Shown: positions 60,137 to 64,000 of the stretch, in pieces | Layout of the letters: each line of letters opens with the position of its first letter | How positions within the stretch are numbered: position 1 is the first letter of the stretch | DNA from: an uncultured Candidatus Binatia bacterium | Lineage (GTDB): Bacteria; Desulfobacterota; Binatia; Bin18 | Assembly (NCBI GenBank): GCA_965204455.1 | Contig: CBDBEO010000001.1 | Location: 652,552 to 716,551 of the forward strand | Direction of reading: 5' to 3' | DNA length: 64,000 nucleotides | Notes under the pieces: generated by a model | Seen by the model: only the letters and a program-made list of their open reading frames with translations | What the model was told of the DNA's origin: nothing | The model's database searches: none | Program-made: the position numbers and the translations under genes

Positions 60137-61489
60137 ATGACGCAGTCCGACGCGCCCATCCCCGTCCTGTTCATTGTTCTTGACGGCCTTGCCGACCGGC
60201 CCCAGGCCGTGCTGGGCGGAAAAACCCCGCTCGAATCCGCCCACACCCCGCACCTCGACCGTTTGGCCCAGCTGGGTGTCAATGGCCAGCTCGTCCCGCT
60301 CGCCCCCGGGATTCCCCTGGAGAGCGATACCTCCCACTTTCTGTTGTTTGGCTATCCGCTCGAACAGTTCCCGGGCCGGGCCGCCTTTGAGGCCATTGGC
60401 AGGGGGATTGAGGTCCGGGCGGGGTCGGTCATTCTCCTGGCCAGTTTTGCCGCCACAACGGTTCGGGACGGTGTGGTCTACCGCGATGCGCTCCTGTGGG
60501 AGCAACACCAGGCAAAGGATGAGCACGACTGTGGGGTGCTGAGCGCGGCCGTTGCCGAGTACGAGAGCCACGGCATCCGCTTTGCCCTGCGCGATTGCGG
60601 GCGGTGCGAGGGAATCCTGAGCCTGACCGGGAATCCCAGCCGCTGCGTGTCCGACGTTGATCCGTTTGCCGATGGCGCTGCCGTGGCCCGGGCCCTGCCC
60701 CTGGCCGAAGACCCCGACCAGGACAACGCCCAGCGGACCGCGGACGCCTTGAACGCCTACCTGAGTTGGGCGCACGCTCGCCTGGAGGCGCATCCGCTCA
60801 ACCACCAGCGTCGCCGCAACCGACAGCCGGCGATTAACTTCGTGTTGACCAAGTGGGCCGCGACCAAGCCCCAGGTCGCCCCGTTCGCGGAGCAGAACGG
60901 CCTGCGGGCAGCCAGCGTCGAGAACTATCCGCTGTACACCGGCATTGCGCGGGTGTGCGGCATGACCCCGGTCAGCGTCGCGCGTCAGGCGAGCCTGGTG
61001 CGGGATTTTCAGGACAAGCTGCAAACTGCGGATGACCTGTTGCGGCGTGGCTACGAGTTTGTCCACGTCCACACCAAGGGCCCGGACCGGGCTGCCCATC
61101 GCAAAGACCCGTTGGAGAAGAAGCACGCGATCTGTGAGCTTGATTCGGCCCTGGGGCCGCTGGTGCGGCGGCTTGAACACGACCGAGACCTGCTCGTTGT
61201 GGTGACCGGGGATCATGCCACCCCCAGCCACGGGCCTCTGATCCATTCGGGCGAGGCTGTGCCTGTGCTGATTGCGGGCGGGCCGAACGTATTGGCGGAC
61301 CAGGTTGCCCAGTTTCATGAGCGGCTGGCGTTCCAGGGCAGTCTCGGCCAGGTGTACGGCAGAGACCTGATGCCGATTGTCTTGAATCTGACCGACCGGG
61401 TCGGCCTGTACGGCGTGCGGCACCAGCGTCAGGCCCGGCCCTATTGGCGTCGGGAACCGGAAGAGCCGTTCAGGCTGCCGAATCGCTGA
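60137..61489 (+). CDS. Cofactor-independent phosphoglycerate mutase-like (ApgM / alkaline-phosphatase superfamily) protein
   Basis: 450 aa: VLFIVLDGLADRP...GKTPLESAHTPHLDRLA, HVHTKGPDRAAH and VVTGDHATP are metal-site motifs of the ApgM family. Confidence 0.7.
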   Translation: MTQSDAPIPVLFIVLDGLADRPQAVLGGKTPLESAHTPHLDRLAQLGVNGQLVPLAPGIPLESDTSHFLLFGYPLEQFPGRAAFEAIGRGIEVRAGSVILLASFAATTVRDGVVYRDALLWEQHQAKDEHDCGVLSAAVAEYESHGIRFALRDCGRCEGILSLTGNPSRCVSDVDPFADGAAVARALPLAEDPDQDNAQRTADALNAYLSWAHARLEAHPLNHQRRRNRQPAINFVLTKWAATKPQVAPFAEQNGLRAASVENYPLYTGIARVCGMTPVSVARQASLVRDFQDKLQTADDLLRRGYEFVHVHTKGPDRAAHRKDPLEKKHAICELDSALGPLVRRLEHDRDLLVVVTGDHATPSHGPLIHSGEAVPVLIAGGPNVLADQVAQFHERLAFQGSLGQVYGRDLMPIVLNLTDRVGLYGVRHQRQARPYWRREPEEPFRLPNR

Positions 61490-61587
61490 GCGTGCCCCAC
61501 GTAGCCGGCAAGTCATCGTCCACGCTCAGCGTTGCTTGTACTGTTGCTCGCCAAACAGCCCATGACTCACCATAGGATGAAACTGCG

Positions 61588-62439
61588 CTAGCTGATTATG
61601 GTCTGGCAGGTAGGACAAAAGTGGGTGCTGCGCTGGCCGACGAGAATCCGCTCGATCCTGGTCTTGCAGCGGCGACACGGCTTGTCGACTTGGCCGTAGA
61701 CCCGGAAGTGATCCTGATACCGGCCCTCCGGGTAAACCCAGTCAATGGCCGCGCCGCCGTGTTTGAGGCCATCTCTGAGGGCGGCTCGAATGGCCCGGCG
61801 CAGCGCGGCAATCTCTGTGTCTTGCAGGGTGTTGGCCCGGCGCAAGGGATGAATCCTGGCCCGCCACAGGGCTTCGTCGGCGTAGATATTGCCGATCCCG
61901 GCGATAAACGACTGGTCGAGCAGCAGGGCCTTGAGGCCGCCGGATTTCTTGGCCAGCAGGCTTCGCAAGACCTTCAGCGTGAAGCTCTCTTCCAGCGGCT
62001 CGGGGCCGAGATGACCGGTGACGGCATCGAGGTCGTCAACCAGGTACACCCGGCCGAATTTACGCGCGTCGTTGAAGCGCAGCTCATAGCCGTTGTCCAG
62101 GCTGAAGGCGAAATGGACGTGTTTTTCGCGCGGAAAGTCGGCGTCGAGGACGTGCAGACGGCCGCTCATTTTCAGATGGATGAGCAGGTGGCGTGTAGCG
62201 GCCGGGGAATGCAGGCCGAAGATCAGATACTTGCCGCGGCGGCTGATCGAGTCGATGCGATGGCCGGGCAGGGTGTGGATCAGCGCGTCCGCAGACGGCC
62301 GGGCGGCGCGCGGCCAGTCCAGCCATACGGCCGTGACCGTGCGGCCGAGCGGAGTCGGGTAGGGTGGAAAGCCCGGCTCGACCGCCTGGCCCTGGCGCAG
62401 TTTGCGGGCAATGGTTTCGACTTCTGGCAGTTCCGGCAT
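61588..62439 (-). CDS. mutM: Formamidopyrimidine-DNA glycosylase
   Basis: In-frame ATG at 62439. MPELPEVETIARKL N-terminus (catalytic Pro2/Glu3), H2TH region, and a C-terminal zinc finger CRRCKTRIERILVGQRSTHFCPTCQ. Confidence 0.9.
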   Translation of the reverse strand: MPELPEVETIARKLRQGQAVEPGFPPYPTPLGRTVTAVWLDWPRAARPSADALIHTLPGHRIDSISRRGKYLIFGLHSPAATRHLLIHLKMSGRLHVLDADFPREKHVHFAFSLDNGYELRFNDARKFGRVYLVDDLDAVTGHLGPEPLEESFTLKVLRSLLAKKSGGLKALLLDQSFIAGIGNIYADEALWRARIHPLRRANTLQDTEIAALRRAIRAALRDGLKHGGAAIDWVYPEGRYQDHFRVYGQVDKPCRRCKTRIERILVGQRSTHFCPTCQTIIS

Positions 62440-62555
62440 AGGCGGCGCGGATTGTAGTCGAAAACCGGCCGGGCGGCTAGCGGTCGTCTGTGTTTGCGCC
62501 GCCGCCGAAAAATTGATAGCTGAGCAGCCAAGCATCTCAGAGGAGGCAAGCGAAC

Positions 62556-62909
62556 ATGGCAGTCAAGAAGTTTTCCAGCGCGTATTACGTGGTCAAGGAC
62601 ATGGACAAGGCGGTCGGTTTCTACCAGGACATCCTGGGTCTGAACATCAAATTTCGGGATGGCGACCGCTGGACGCAGTTTGACGTGAATGGCGTGGCCG
62701 TTGCCCTGGCCGACCCCAGCGAAGGAAGCGTGCCGCCGGGTGGCGGGGGTACGGTGGTGTTAGAGGTCGACGATCTGGGAGAAATGCGGGACAAGCTGAC
62801 CCAGAACGGGGTCGAGGTGAACGATATCGTTGATATGGGCGGGCACGGCCGGTATTTCACGGCGGTCGATCCGGCGGGCAACATCGTCCAGATTTTCGCC
62901 CGGTCGTAG
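62556..62909 (+). CDS. VOC/glyoxalase-family protein
   Basis: 117 aa: YYVVKDMDKAVGFYQDILGL ... FTAVDPAGNIVQIF. Confidence 0.75.
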   Translation: MAVKKFSSAYYVVKDMDKAVGFYQDILGLNIKFRDGDRWTQFDVNGVAVALADPSEGSVPPGGGGTVVLEVDDLGEMRDKLTQNGVEVNDIVDMGGHGRYFTAVDPAGNIVQIFARS

Positions 62910-62953
62910 CGCCAATCGCGTCCCGAGCTCATCCACCATGCCGGTCTTCTGTT

Positions 62954-62976
62954 CCCTCTCCCTTGGAGGGAGAGGG
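62954..62976. repeat. Perfect 10-bp-stem hairpin CCCTCTCCCT-TGG-AGGGAGAGGG, followed by CTAGGGTGAGGGGG
   Basis: Read directly. It lies between convergent genes at the transition from high-GC backbone to the AT-richer right-edge gene. No T-run follows on either strand. Confidence 0.6.
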
Positions 62977-63034
62977 CTAGGGTGAGGGGGACAGACGCAG
63001 GCTAATCTCTCACGGCTGAGCAACTCGAATAGCC

Positions 63035-64000
63035 TCAGACTCCTGACTCCTGAGCCGTCCTTATCATTTCTTGCAGATCAATCAGATGCTTCTCCGCAAA
63101 CTTTATTTCAATCGGCTTTCCACATAGCTTCATCCGGATCGCAGGATAGCCGTCGCCACCTTCTGCATTTGTTTTGAGACGCATCACCTGCTGAATGATG
63201 TCTTCGTCAACTTCTCTTGAGCCGAACTGGAACATAACGCTATGCTGGGCACAGAGGCAGAGAACATTACCTACTCGGTCAACCCAATCAGCAGTCGTTC
63301 GGGACACAATGTATAGGCCCTCAAAGTACGGCTCCCCATTCCGCCGCGCAAACGTCCAATCGCAAATCTGGCATCGACCGCTGTACCATTCAACAAAGTC
63401 CGCTCGAACTTGGTCGTTCTTACCCTTCCAATTCTTACGTACAGAAAAGTAAGAACGGTCCTCTGAATCACCTTCGTTTTTGAGTGCAGTGTCAATCTCT
63501 TCCGAGATTTTTTTACGACGGCGGGAGGGATTTTGGGAAAGCCCTCCGTTGCCTCTGTCCTCATTCGATCCCTCTTTGCCGGGCTTCGAGAAAGCCTCAG
63601 ACAGCGCTTTGTCGTAAGGAATGCTCTCATGCGGAATACGCTGGGCACGCTCACGCCGCATCGCTTTGCGTTTGAAGGAATCTATCAGCTCTCTGCATTC
63701 TTTTTCGCGCTCCTCCTCGGGAAGTCCGGCAAGGTAATGGACTACTTCCACCGGAATGCCAAGGGATGAGGCTTGTTCCTCGCGCTTCTTGTATTCCGCG
63801 CTCTGTTTCTTGGCGCTCTCTCCAAAGCCGATCGCATCCAGCCAGCCGTTGCGATTGTCGAATGGAAAGTTCGACTGAAGTGATTCCTCAGTTATGTCCG
63901 CTGGTGAATGAAAACGTCCATTTCTATCAGGAATCCAGGCACACGATTTAAGCTGATTGACCAGAAAAGATGATGATCTCTTCTGTCTATGTGCGTTCTT
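63035..64000 (-). CDS. C-terminal part of a larger protein running off the right edge; ends in a degenerate HNH/zinc-ribbon-like Cys motif
   Basis: The track lists 63035..63751, but my translation of the same frame stays open to 64000 (...FLVNQLKSCAWIPDRNGRFHSPADITEESL...GIPVEVVHYLAG...). The C-terminus has GRCQICDWTF...GEPYFEGLYIV...NVLCLCAQHS. Lies in an AT-richer block. Confidence 0.55.
   Translation of the reverse strand, partial: KNAHRQKRSSSFLVNQLKSCAWIPDRNGRFHSPADITEESLQSNFPFDNRNGWLDAIGFGESAKKQSAEYKKREEQASSLGIPVEVVHYLAGLPEEEREKECRELIDSFKRKAMRRERAQRIPHESIPYDKALSEAFSKPGKEGSNEDRGNGGLSQNPSRRRKKISEEIDTALKNEGDSEDRSYFSVRKNWKGKNDQVRADFVEWYSGRCQICDWTFARRNGEPYFEGLYIVSRTTADWVDRVGNVLCLCAQHSVMFQFGSREVDEDIIQQVMRLKTNAEGGDGYPAIRMKLCGKPIEIKFAEKHLIDLQEMIRTAQESGV

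Overview
High-GC bacterial chromosomal segment, densely coding, with no rRNA, tRNA or CRISPR array that I can find. All family calls come from reading motifs in the supplied translations. No searches were run, and GC statements are by eye.

Backbone: mostly redox and acyl-CoA metabolism.
- Seven luciferase-like (LLM) flavin/F420 oxidoreductases.
- Four family-III (CaiB/BaiF) CoA-transferases and one acetyl-CoA hydrolase/transferase-type enzyme.
- Acyl-CoA dehydrogenase, SDR, aldo/keto reductase, a Baeyer-Villiger-type monooxygenase and three VOC/glyoxalase proteins.
- Housekeeping genes: lon, galU, mutM, an M16 peptidase pair, threonine aldolase, and a complete sigma-54 psp stress module (pspF divergent from pspA-X-pspB-pspC).

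Small AT-richer insertions carry accessory genes:
- a type II restriction-modification pair;
- hicBA;
- a solitary NucS-like PD-(D/E)XK nuclease gene;
- orphan antitoxin-like genes;
- a truncated Cys-motif gene at the right edge.

Most unusual items:
1. A 939-aa secreted mosaic protein: Cys-rich AT-richer head, Pro12, a Gly/Asn tract of about 114 aa, then four tandem copies of a domain of about 135 aa that I cannot name.
2. An island of four CoA-transferases, a lipoprotein hydrolase, DUF1302, two tandem DUF1329 paralogs and an LLM (29.6-41.7 kb). It looks like an uptake and catabolism module for a hydrophobic acid or ketone.
3. REPIN-like GTAG...CTAC hairpin doublets, plus two intergenic elements that share CTAG-N-GCG-N-TTCAC inverted termini but have different palindromic cores.
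4. Two single-base frameshifts in G/C runs, in an MmgE/PrpD gene and in an M16 peptidase gene.
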